From: Thermodesulfovibrionales bacterium
Lineage (GTDB): Bacteria; Nitrospirota; Thermodesulfovibrionia; Thermodesulfovibrionales; UBA6898
NCBI GenBank assembly: GCA_044450345.1
Contig: JBIOIY010000029.1
Location: 1-37,821 of the forward strand
Direction: 5' to 3'
Length of the DNA stretch: 37,821 bases
Positions 18,318 to 27,174 of this stretch are shown piece by piece (within the stretch, counting starts at the first letter, position 1; every line of letters starts with the position of its first letter). The notes under the pieces are model-generated. The model was not told the origin of the DNA. It ran no database searches and saw nothing but the letters and a program-made list of their open reading frames with translations. The position numbers were made by a program, and so were the translations under genes.

Positions 18318-18527
18318 ACTTCCTCCTATACGGTTCCCAATGTAAGGTCTTCTCACATAAAAAATGTTGTATCTGTAAAATAACAAAGTGCCTGCTGCTT
18401 GTCCATGAAAAAATACAACCATTTTGAGTTGCGTCTCGTTTCCGGGTCCGAGGAGAAAATGATCAAAGGTCAAATCTCCAAAATCGTTAAAGAATAACGC
18501 CTGATCGGAGGCGATGTCTGAAAGAAC

Positions 18528-18788
18528 TTATCCGAAATATTCCCTTATCTTCAATTCGATAATGCCGTAAGGCACAAAGAAGGGTTTGTCTACGATGGTG
18601 ACTTTTATCTCCTTTGCCGCGGTGCAACAATATTCTCCCTTGATAAACCCCAGCGGTGTCCTCCCGAAGAAGACCCCGCTCTCTTCGTTTCCTTCAAAGC
18701 TCCCGCCGTTTCCCGCAATCGCAGATTCGACCCTCCTTAGGGCAATGGATATTTCATCGGAAAGTGTTATCGTGAACGTGTGTGTCAT
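18528..18788 (-). CDS. conserved-looking hypothetical protein
   Basis: 86 aa; GGSFEG...G.Y...I.DKPF pattern. Confidence 0.7.
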   Translation of the reverse strand: MTHTFTITLSDEISIALRRVESAIAGNGGSFEGNEESGVFFGRTPLGFIKGEYCCTAAKEIKVTIVDKPFFVPYGIIELKIREYFG

Positions 18789-18803
18789 TGACCTGCAATC
18801 CTC

Positions 18804-19247
18804 TCAATCGTCGGCGCCCAGTTCAGACGGCGAGAAGTATATCTTGCCGTCCCGCTCGTAAATGTTGACCTCGATGTACCGGCGCGCGAAGCTATGCCGT
18901 TCAGGCACCAGGAGATAGCCTATCGTCTTTCCCCTGAAGTCCACCCTCTGAAAGGATGTTCTTCTAAATCCCGGTCCTCTTTCTACGAAGGCGAGGGCGT
19001 CATCCACTGTTCCGGTGACGGTGGTGATCTGCACCGAGTAGGGGACCACTTCAACGCCTGCATCAGGGTCCTTCAGAAAGACAGCCTTTAATTGCGGGGT
19101 AGCCGGAGCGACGTACAAATACATTGTGTAGACGGCCTGCGGAATGGAGTTGGGGTCTGCCACTCCTACGGTGGTGACGGCCTGGGTACAGGCAATGACC
19201 GGCAGAAACAAGAGAAACGTCACAACTCGTATCTTTTTCATCTCCAT
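18804..19247 (-). CDS. hypothetical lipoprotein
   Basis: Basic N-terminus, hydrophobic stretch, lipobox VIAC; SD AAGGAGG. Confidence 0.75.
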   Translation of the reverse strand: MEMKKIRVVTFLLFLPVIACTQAVTTVGVADPNSIPQAVYTMYLYVAPATPQLKAVFLKDPDAGVEVVPYSVQITTVTGTVDDALAFVERGPGFRRTSFQRVDFRGKTIGYLLVPERHSFARRYIEVNIYERDGKIYFSPSELGADD

Positions 19248-19426
19248 GCCTCCTTTCGAAACCTCTTATACTTACAATATACCAAAGGAAAAGTTGAGGG
19301 TCAAAAATGGGTTTCTTTTACGTTTGCAGGAATAGACCGGCCTGTCGCCACTTCCCTTCAAACCTTTTAAGGATAGACAGCCACGCCGTTGCTACCCATG
19401 CCTGTTATTGATACACTTTAGGTAAA

Positions 19427-22129
19427 ATGACGATGAGATTATTTCGTAAATTCAAAGGCAGACGACCCGGTTTTTCTTTTCTCATAGCCTTCGCGTCTCT
19501 CCTGGCAGCGTGGGCCTGTGCAGAGGCGGTCCACGCCGGCCCGGCGCCTGAAATAATAAGGGAAACGCTGAAGAACGGTCTCAGGGTGGTCGTCATCAGG
19601 GATGATCTTGCCCCGGTTGTGACTATCCAGATGAATTATTGTGCGGGCTCAAACGAGTCTCCAAAAGGTTTTCCGGGCTTGGCCCATGCTCAGGAGCATA
19701 TGATGTTTCGGGGAAGTCCGGGCCTTTCGGCAGACCAGCTTTCAAACCTTATTGCCGCTATAGGAGGTCATTTCAATGCCGATACCCAGCAGACGGTAAC
19801 GCAGTATTTTCTGACCGTCTCCCCGGATGATCTCGATATCGCCCTCCGTATAGAGGCGATACGTATGGCCGGAGTACTCGATTCGCAGCGGCTTTGGGAG
19901 GAAGAGCGGAGAGCTGTCGAACAGGAAGTGGCCCAGGACCTTTCGAACCCCCTCTATGTCTTCTACTCGACCCTCCTGACCAAGATCTTCGCGGGGACCC
20001 CATATTCTCACGACGCCCTCGGCACGCGGCCCTCTTTTCAAAAGACGACAGCAGGCATGCTGAAGTCTTTCCATAAAAAATGGTACGGACCGAACAATGC
20101 GGTACTCGTCATCACCGGCAGCGTTGACCCTCAGAACGCACTACAGAAAGTAAAAAAAATGTTCGAACGGATCCCGCCACGCAGGACCCCGCCGAGGGCG
20201 AAAATCCATCTTCGGCCGCTCAGGCCCGATACTATAGAGCTAGAAACCGACCTGTCCTATGGGATGATTGTGGTCGCATACCGGCTGCCGGGCTATGACA
20301 GTCCGGATTTTGCGGCGGCACAGATACTGTCCGACGTGCTCGACAGCCAGAGGGCGGACCTCTATGCGCTGGTGCCGCGGGGAGAGGCGTTATCGACATC
20401 TTTTGATATGACCATGTTTCCGGAGGCAGGCCTGGCTTATGCCACCGCAGCATTCCCCCAGGGCGAAGAAGGATCACGACTCATCCCGGTCATAAAAAAA
20501 ATCATTGCAGGCTACGTCAAGGACGGGTTTCCATCCGAACTGGTGGAGGCTGCCAAACGCCGGGAGATCGCTGATGCAGAGTTCCAGATGAACTCGATCC
20601 CTGAGCTCGCAGCGCTTTGGTCCCAGGCCATTGCGGTCGAGGGACACAATTCACCGGAGGACGATATCGAAACGATAAGGAAAGTTACCGTCTATGACGT
20701 CGACAGGGTTGCCAGGGAATATCTTATCAACGATACTGCAATCGCGGCAGTGTTAACTCCTACGCCCTCTGGAAAGGCTATCCCGGCGAAGGGTTTCGGA
20801 AGAAAAGAGACCCTGACTGCCAAAAGGACTACAGGCGCGTCGCTGCCGAAGTGGGCGCGGAAGGCCGCGTCGCTGCCTGCGGTCCCGGTTTCCCGGATAA
20901 AACCCCGGGTAACCACTCTCCCCAACGGATTGAAACTCATCGTGCAGCCGGAAACGATAAGCGCTACGGTGAGCGTTTACGGACGGGTCAAAAACAGCCC
21001 CGATCTCCAAACACCCGTGGGCCAAGAAGGGGTTTCGCACCTGCTCGACAGCCTTTTTTCTTACGGGACTTCGAAGTTCGGCCGCCTTGCCTTTCAAAAA
21101 GCGCTCGACGACATCGCTGCCGACGAATCGGCCGGGACAAGCTTTTCCCTCCGGGTACTGTCGGACAATTTCGAACGCGGCCTACAGCTTCTGGCCGATA
21201 ATATTTTAAACCCTGCTCTTCCCGAAGAGGCTTTCAAGGTGGTCAGGCAGGAATTGGCGGGTGAGCTGACTGGCAAGCTCAAAAGCCCTTCATACATGTC
21301 GACCATGGCCCTCCGCTCCGGGCTCTATCCCAAAGGAGATCCATTGCTCAGGGAGGCGACCCCGGGGACTGTGTCGTCACTTTCTCTTGACGATGTCAAG
21401 GCGTATTACAAAAAAGTCTTTCGCCCCGATATGACGACGATCGTCGTGCTCGGCAATATTACGGAAGACCTCGCCGGAGAAATGATCGGGAAATATTTCG
21501 GCGACTGGAAGGCCGAAGGCCCCAAACCCGTAACAGACCCTCCTCCTGTGCCCCCAAACAAGCCTGCCTCATTCGAGGTGCCGAATGCGGGTATGGTCCA
21601 GGTGGAGGTCACCCTGGCGGAGACCCTCGGGGTGAGCAGGACCGACCCGGATTACTACATACTGCAGGCAGGTCTCCATGTCTTATCGGGCGGCTTTTAT
21701 GCTACCCGTCTTTACAGGGACCTGAGGGAAAAGGCAGGATTGGTCTATGCGGTCGAGGCGGAGGTTGAGGCAGGCAAGACACGTTCTCTTTTTATTGTGG
21801 AATATGCGTGCGATCCAAGAAATGTATCGAAGGCGCGATCCATGATAGTAAGCGACATTAAGGAGATGCTTGCGAATCCCGTCACCGATGAGGAACTGCT
21901 GAGGGCCAAAGCGCTTCTTATACGGCAGGTATCGCTTTCTGAATCGAGTACCGAGAGAGCAGCTTCAACGCTTCTCGATCTTTCCCTGGAAGACCTGCCG
22001 CTTGACGAGCCGGTGCAGGCCGCAAAAAGCTATAGGGAAGTCACGGCAGAGCAGGTGAGGAGGGCCTTTGCCGGCTGGATAAGGCCGGATGACTTTGTGC
22101 AGGTCTCCCTCGGACCTTCGCCGAAGTAG
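19427..22129 (+). CDS. M16 (pitrilysin/PqqL-like) zinc peptidase, two-module
   Basis: Signal peptide, LKNGL, inverted zinc motif HAQEH with distal E (VEQE), second LPNGL module, TRLYRDLREKAGLVY. Confidence 0.93.
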   Translation: MTMRLFRKFKGRRPGFSFLIAFASLLAAWACAEAVHAGPAPEIIRETLKNGLRVVVIRDDLAPVVTIQMNYCAGSNESPKGFPGLAHAQEHMMFRGSPGLSADQLSNLIAAIGGHFNADTQQTVTQYFLTVSPDDLDIALRIEAIRMAGVLDSQRLWEEERRAVEQEVAQDLSNPLYVFYSTLLTKIFAGTPYSHDALGTRPSFQKTTAGMLKSFHKKWYGPNNAVLVITGSVDPQNALQKVKKMFERIPPRRTPPRAKIHLRPLRPDTIELETDLSYGMIVVAYRLPGYDSPDFAAAQILSDVLDSQRADLYALVPRGEALSTSFDMTMFPEAGLAYATAAFPQGEEGSRLIPVIKKIIAGYVKDGFPSELVEAAKRREIADAEFQMNSIPELAALWSQAIAVEGHNSPEDDIETIRKVTVYDVDRVAREYLINDTAIAAVLTPTPSGKAIPAKGFGRKETLTAKRTTGASLPKWARKAASLPAVPVSRIKPRVTTLPNGLKLIVQPETISATVSVYGRVKNSPDLQTPVGQEGVSHLLDSLFSYGTSKFGRLAFQKALDDIAADESAGTSFSLRVLSDNFERGLQLLADNILNPALPEEAFKVVRQELAGELTGKLKSPSYMSTMALRSGLYPKGDPLLREATPGTVSSLSLDDVKAYYKKVFRPDMTTIVVLGNITEDLAGEMIGKYFGDWKAEGPKPVTDPPPVPPNKPASFEVPNAGMVQVEVTLAETLGVSRTDPDYYILQAGLHVLSGGFYATRLYRDLREKAGLVYAVEAEVEAGKTRSLFIVEYACDPRNVSKARSMIVSDIKEMLANPVTDEELLRAKALLIRQVSLSESSTERAASTLLDLSLEDLPLDEPVQAAKSYREVTAEQVRRAFAGWIRPDDFVQVSLGPSPK

Positions 22130-22174
22130 CTGTGATATTTGAGTGCATTTAGATCTTTTCCCCCTTTCTTAAGA

Positions 22175-22888
22175 TCATCGGGCACGATGAAGCTCGAGGA
22201 CTTCCGAGTCTTTTCCTATCAGGGCAAGGTCTGCAAGGTCCAGAAATAGACCGTGCTCGACTACTCCCGGCATTCGCTTTAGATCATTGGCCAGTCTCCC
22301 CGGATCAGGGATTTGTCCGAAGCTGCAGTCAAGAATGTGATGGCCTTCCTCGGTGATCAGCGGCCGGCCGGCCGGGTCTTTTCGCAGGGCCACGGAAGCA
22401 CCGAGCGATGCGATACGATCGGCCAGCAAGGCCTCTGCAAAGGGCACGACTTCTACAGGGAGAGGGGACTTCCCGAGCACCGGGACCTGCTTTGTAGAGT
22501 CCGCGATGATGACTATCTTGCGTGAGGCAGAGGCGACAATCTTTTCGCGAAGCAGCGCCCCTCCGCCGCCCTTGATGAGTTCAAGGGCAGGGCTGATTTC
22601 GTCGGCCCCGTCAATTGTGACATCAATTTCGGAACAGTCTTCGAATGTCGTCAGAGGGATACCCACACTTACCGCCAGGTCCCGGGAATTAGCAGAGGTC
22701 GGTATCGCCCGGATCTTCAGTCCTGCGCGGACCATCTCCCCCAGGAAGCGGATGGCATAGGAGGCCGTAGAACCTGTCCCAAGTCCCACAACGTAACCAT
22801 CACGGACATATACGAGACTCCGGCGGGCGGCCGCTTGTTTTTCCCGCTCATGCTGTGTGGACCCATACTCCGGAACATTCTCGGTCAT
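22175..22888 (-). CDS. rpiA: ribose-5-phosphate isomerase A
   Basis: GLGTGST, DGADE, IKGGGGALLREK, PGVVEHGLF. Confidence 0.97.
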   Translation of the reverse strand: MTENVPEYGSTQHEREKQAAARRSLVYVRDGYVVGLGTGSTASYAIRFLGEMVRAGLKIRAIPTSANSRDLAVSVGIPLTTFEDCSEIDVTIDGADEISPALELIKGGGGALLREKIVASASRKIVIIADSTKQVPVLGKSPLPVEVVPFAEALLADRIASLGASVALRKDPAGRPLITEEGHHILDCSFGQIPDPGRLANDLKRMPGVVEHGLFLDLADLALIGKDSEVLELHRAR

Positions 22889-22911
22889 AGCTGCTAGTCT
22901 ATCACGTGTCT

Positions 22912-23628
22912 CTATCTTAAGGTTGCGCCTCCGTCGACATAGAGGGTGTTGCCGGTGGCAAAGCCGTTGCTCATCAGGTACAGGACGGTCTGAGCGATTT
23001 CTTCAGGCCTGCCGACTCGTCTGACCGGGAGTGAAGCTACTGCGCCTTTAAACATCGCCTCTTTGGCTTCGGGCGCCATCCCGGAGTAAATGGGGGTGTC
23101 CACAATACCTGGAGATATGGTATTGACCCGAATCGGCGCAAGTTCCATGGCCAATGCCCGGCCCAGCCCTTCGACCGCGCTGTTAATGGCCGTGATTACC
23201 GAACTGCCGGGCACGGGCCTTTGACTCCAGATGCCGGCGAAGAAGGTTATGGACCCGCCTGCACGCATTTTAGGCGAGCCATATCTGGCCGCATAATACT
23301 GGCCCCAAAACTTGCTGTCAAAGGCTGCCCTCGCCTTTGCGGTATCCAGTTCGAGGAATGGCCCCATGGCAGCTTCATTGCCGGGGGTCGTGAGATGGTC
23401 GAATTCACCCACTTTGTCGAAGAATGCCTTGACCGACGCTTCGTCCATCACATTTACTGTCAGGACTTCTACGGTCCCCTGCATCTCTGCCTTGGCTTTT
23501 TGCAGTTTCTCCTGTGAGCGGCTGGCGACTACCACTGTTGCCCCTTCCGAAGCGGCGATCCTTGCTGTGGCGAGCCCCATACCCGAACTTCCGCCGATAA
23601 TTACGATCTTCTGCCCCTTAAATCTCAT
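22912..23628 (-). CDS. SDR-family oxidoreductase
   Basis: IGGSSGMG, KFWG, LAPIRVNTISPG, VDGG; SD AAAGGAG before ATG 23628. Confidence 0.92.
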   Translation of the reverse strand: MRFKGQKIVIIGGSSGMGLATARIAASEGATVVVASRSQEKLQKAKAEMQGTVEVLTVNVMDEASVKAFFDKVGEFDHLTTPGNEAAMGPFLELDTAKARAAFDSKFWGQYYAARYGSPKMRAGGSITFFAGIWSQRPVPGSSVITAINSAVEGLGRALAMELAPIRVNTISPGIVDTPIYSGMAPEAKEAMFKGAVASLPVRRVGRPEEIAQTVLYLMSNGFATGNTLYVDGGATLR

Positions 23629-23641
23629 GCGTATTTCTCCT

Positions 23642-25000
23642 TTATTCGATGTTATCAAACGCTTCAGGTATCAGATTTGAAAGCGCAGGAAATATGTGCA
23701 TGCACCCCGTGATGGATTTTATGTCGCCCCCGAGTATTAACGCATTTACTACTTCCTGGATGAGCATAGCGGCATGGGGGCCTATAATATGAAAACCCAG
23801 GATCCGTTCCGTGCCTTTTTCAACAATCGCCTTGGCAAAACCTTTACGCTCTCCCATCGCCTCTCCCATCACAGTGTCGGAATACTCCGCCCGGCCGACA
23901 AGGATATTGTGGTCCTTCCGGGCCTGCTCTTCCGTAAGGCCGACTGATGCGATCTGCGGAGAGGTAAAAACCGCATGGGGGACCGATCCGAAGTCCATCC
24001 TGATCTTTTTCCTGTGAGTCGCATTGTGCCATGCCAGCTCAGCTTCTTTGTCTCCCGCATGGGTAAACATAGCCTTTCCGATGGCATCGCCGACCGCCCA
24101 TATATGTTTTTTGTTGGTCTGGAGGTACTCGTCAACCTTTATGAAATTGGCCTTGTCGGTTTCGATCCCCGCATTTTCCACCCTGAGAAGGTCCGCATTC
24201 GATTTCCTGCCGGCGGCCACCATTACCGCGTCCGCCAATATCTCTTCTCCCTTTCCCGTAGCGACGTCCTTTACAGATACTGCATATCCGCCGTCGGCAT
24301 CTCTTACCTCGGCAATTTCTACACCCATATGCAACTCGGTGCGTTTTCCGAGTTCACTCATTAATAAATCCGATATTTCCGGTTCTTCAAAATGAAGGAG
24401 GTTTGCATTCCTGTCCGCTATAATCACTTTTGTCCCGATTGCCGAAAAAAAATGGGCATATTCGAGCCCCACATATCCTCCTCCGATAAAGACCATGCGG
24501 TCCGGCCTTGTTTCGAGTTCCAGCACGCTCTCATTCGTGAGATAGCGCACCTTGTCCAGCCCCTTTATCGGAGGGAGCGAGGGACGTGCCCCTGAGGCGA
24601 TAAAAAACTTTTTACCCCGTATTTTGTCAGAGCCGACCCCGATGGTGCGCTCGTCCAAAAAATGACCTTCACCGCTGAGAAAAGCGATGTTTCCAGTCTC
24701 CGCTATCGCTTTTATTATTGAATTTCTTCCGCTCGATACCGCACTTCTCATCCGCCCCATGACCGCCCCGAAATCGATATCGGCAATCTCTGCACGGATG
24801 CCGAGGGGAGAAGCTTCTCTGATCTCCATGATTCTGTCGGCCGTATGGATAAGCGTCTTCGACGGCACACAGCCGTTATTTACGCAGGTCCCTCCCACAT
24901 TTCCCTTGTCGATAAGGGCGACCTTCAGCCCTTCGGAAGCAGCATGGAACGCAATACTCAATCCGACATCACCTGCCCCGACTACGATAACGTCATGCAT
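23642..25000 (-). CDS. class-I pyridine nucleotide-disulfide oxidoreductase (LpdA/mycothione reductase-like)
   Basis: GAGDVG, GGTCVNNGCVPSK, IGGGYVGLE, WAVGD and a dimerisation domain. Confidence 0.9.
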   Translation of the reverse strand: MHDVIVVGAGDVGLSIAFHAASEGLKVALIDKGNVGGTCVNNGCVPSKTLIHTADRIMEIREASPLGIRAEIADIDFGAVMGRMRSAVSSGRNSIIKAIAETGNIAFLSGEGHFLDERTIGVGSDKIRGKKFFIASGARPSLPPIKGLDKVRYLTNESVLELETRPDRMVFIGGGYVGLEYAHFFSAIGTKVIIADRNANLLHFEEPEISDLLMSELGKRTELHMGVEIAEVRDADGGYAVSVKDVATGKGEEILADAVMVAAGRKSNADLLRVENAGIETDKANFIKVDEYLQTNKKHIWAVGDAIGKAMFTHAGDKEAELAWHNATHRKKIRMDFGSVPHAVFTSPQIASVGLTEEQARKDHNILVGRAEYSDTVMGEAMGERKGFAKAIVEKGTERILGFHIIGPHAAMLIQEVVNALILGGDIKSITGCMHIFPALSNLIPEAFDNIE

Positions 25001-25155
25001 GATTATGCCCCCTTGCCAAATGTAGGTTACTTAAAAGGTATCACATTTCCAGGTGCAAGAGAATGCCTTCCTATGTTTTTCGGTTCCGGCATTTGTTCCT
25101 GATTTATTCTGCCGTGGGGCGCGAGGCAGTGTGCTACATGACGCGGAAGTCGTCG

Positions 25156-25869
25156 TCATCGGCTGATTCTGATAATATCGCCTTTCGGTTCCCACTTCTG
25201 GACCTTCCTGAAAGAGGGAGGGCGATAACTTTCCACAAGGTCGTCGATCTTCGCCAGGTTGAAATTCTTTATCTTTATCCCCACCTTCTGTCCCGGCGTT
25301 GCCTTCTGCACGGTCTTTTCGGCGATATGAAGTGATTCGATAATTCCGGAATGGATCGGCCCCATGGCAGAGATGATCCGGAAATGCTGCCCGACAGCCA
25401 GGTGCCCCTGTTGGACCTCGCAGCCGATGATGATCCCTTTCCTGGTGCTCTTAAAGAGGGTGATGATCCTGCCCGATCCTGTAATCTCGTCTTCTTCGGC
25501 GACAGGGACAATGCTTTCGGCAATAGCCCTAATGTCGTCGGACAAGGTATAAATGATATCGTAAAGTCGGACCTCGACACGCTGCTCCCTGATGGACTTT
25601 TCAAGCCCGGGTACCACGCCGACCTGAAATCCGATTATGAGTCTGCTTGCGGTCTCGGCCATCAATACGTCTGACTGGGTGACGGCCCCCACTCCGCCGT
25701 GGATCATCCGTATTTCGACGCCGGCTGCCAGGATTTTTGAGAGGGCAGCCATGACACCTTCCATGCTCCCGATGGAATCGCACTTCAGAACAATCTCAAG
25801 CCGCGGAGTCGGCCTTGCGTCCCCGATGCCGGGCCTTATATTCATACCTTTGACGGCCTTCGTGCTCAT
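25156..25869 (-). CDS. stand-alone translation initiation factor IF-2 C-terminal-domain protein
   Basis: LKCDSIGSMEG, HGGVGAVTQSDV, IIGFQV, YDIIY, LFKSTRKGIIIGC, GIKIKNFN; no G-domain; start uncertain (25869, 25911 or 25977). Confidence 0.8.
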   Translation of the reverse strand: MSTKAVKGMNIRPGIGDARPTPRLEIVLKCDSIGSMEGVMAALSKILAAGVEIRMIHGGVGAVTQSDVLMAETASRLIIGFQVGVVPGLEKSIREQRVEVRLYDIIYTLSDDIRAIAESIVPVAEEDEITGSGRIITLFKSTRKGIIIGCEVQQGHLAVGQHFRIISAMGPIHSGIIESLHIAEKTVQKATPGQKVGIKIKNFNLAKIDDLVESYRPPSFRKVQKWEPKGDIIRISR

Positions 25870-26041
25870 GCCTTGCCCTATTATCTTCACGCGGGTTATC
25901 CGATTATGCATAAAGGCGATTCTTCTCCTTATGCTATCACGCAATCTGCCGACGTACAATACTATAAATAACGGCATTTAATTTTTCCCTTGAACCCCTT
26001 ACGGCTTTGCGCGAACAACTGCCGCATGATCAGCCGATGCG

Positions 26042-26071
26042 TTGACACGGCGGAGGCATATTGTCTAGAAT
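26042..26071 (+). promoter_or_regulatory. sigma70 promoter of the second dsrE-like gene
   Basis: TTGACA-18 nt-TAGAAT. Confidence 0.65.
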
Positions 26072-26122
26072 ATGCTAAAGTATGCAACTCTATATAACTA
26101 CAAGTAAAACGAGGAGAAAATT

Positions 26123-26512
26123 ATGGTTGGAAAAAAATTTATCTTTGTACTCTCCCATGCGGCTGAAAAGCCTGCCGAGGTGATCGTGATGATGAAGACC
26201 GCGACGAACATGAAGGCCTTCGATGATGAGATCGAACTGGACTTCTTCCTCCTGGGCGAAGGAGTTCAGCTCGCGAAGAAAGGCATTGCCGAAACGATAT
26301 CGATGGAACTGGAGGGGCAGAAGGTCGTGGTCAGTGAAATGCTGAACACACTCACACAGGACTTCAACGTCAAGTTCTTCGTCTGTCATGCCTTTATGCC
26401 GTTATATGGAATGAGCAAGGACGACCTCATCGAGAGCGCCGAGCTCAAATCAAGTTCTTATCTCGGGGAACTGATGCTTGACGGCCGGGTTCCTTTTCAG
26501 GTATCTGTCTAA
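26123..26512 (+). CDS. DsrE-family protein
   Basis: FFLLGEGVQLAKKG, FVCHAFMPLYG; SD GAGGAG. Confidence 0.85.
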   Translation: MVGKKFIFVLSHAAEKPAEVIVMMKTATNMKAFDDEIELDFFLLGEGVQLAKKGIAETISMELEGQKVVVSEMLNTLTQDFNVKFFVCHAFMPLYGMSKDDLIESAELKSSSYLGELMLDGRVPFQVSV

Positions 26513-26533
26513 TCGTCCGCTGACATAAAAAAT

Positions 26534-26571
26534 GCGCAAAGGCCCTTGCAGACGCCAACGGGCCTTTGCGC
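26534..26571. terminator. hairpin between convergent genes
   Basis: GCGCAAAGGCCC...GGGCCTTTGCGC 12-bp stem preceded by an A-run (U-tail on the minus strand). Confidence 0.7.
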
Positions 26572-26639
26572 GAATACGGGGCCGGAGCCTGGGCTCTTTG
26601 CGGCCCTGGGGAGAAACCGATCCCATTTGCCCTTGAGCT

Positions 26640-27005
26640 TCAGACGGAAACGACAGCGGCCTGCGAAGCGATCTTTTCTTGCGCAGGAACGCCGGATGTC
26701 CCGTTAACGAACAGATAGAGCCCCAGATGTCCCTTTTCGGTATAATCGAACATAAGCAACTCGCGGCTGAGTTCTGAAATCGTGTAGGCAAGCTCGCCAC
26801 ATTTTTCACTGATATGTTCGCGCGTCTTTTCTTCAACGTCGTAAAGTTCGAGGATGTCGACAATATCTTCGACCTCCCCGGTGTTATAGCACTCCAGAAG
26901 TATGGGGTTGTCACTGCAGGCCCCGGCTTTTACCCTCTGCTTTGCAAGCGTTATCTGGTGTTTCAGTCTCTCCAAACATATTCCATATATCTTTGCGTTA
27001 TCCAT
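26640..27005 (-). CDS. hypothetical protein, predicted sigma-54 target
   Basis: 121 aa, SD AGGAGG, downstream of a -24/-12 element. Confidence 0.75.
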   Translation of the reverse strand: MDNAKIYGICLERLKHQITLAKQRVKAGACSDNPILLECYNTGEVEDIVDILELYDVEEKTREHISEKCGELAYTISELSRELLMFDYTEKGHLGLYLFVNGTSGVPAQEKIASQAAVVSV

Positions 27006-27062
27006 CTTCTCGTCCTCCTTCTGAATATCAATGAATGTGTATGCCGCGTTCCGCACTAAAAA

Positions 27063-27078
27063 AGCAATCCGGATGCCA
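27063..27078 (-). promoter_or_regulatory. sigma-54 (-24/-12) promoter
   Basis: TGGCAT-CCGGA-TTGCT with exact GG-N10-GC spacing. Confidence 0.85.
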
Positions 27079-27131
27079 GTCGGGAAATCCTGTTATTACG
27101 GGCTTCACGCGGTCTCCTCAGCGGACGGGAT

Positions 27132-27168
27132 CGATTAATTAATAGACATCATGTATACTATTTATACA
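27132..27168. promoter_or_regulatory. putative tandem enhancer (UAS) sites
   Basis: Perfect TGTATA-N5-TATACA (27152-27168) and a degenerate 17-mer CGATTAATTAATAGACA (27132-27148), 20 bp apart. Confidence 0.55.
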
Positions 27169-27174
27169 GGACGT

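Noticed and set aside
17454..18473. Longer 339-aa start for the PhnD-like protein
   Set aside because: SD and signal peptide support ATG 18317
23642..25000. Call as mercuric reductase MerA or true LpdA
   Set aside because: No C-terminal Cys-Cys, no mer genes, no His-Glu dyad and no 2-oxoacid dehydrogenase neighbours
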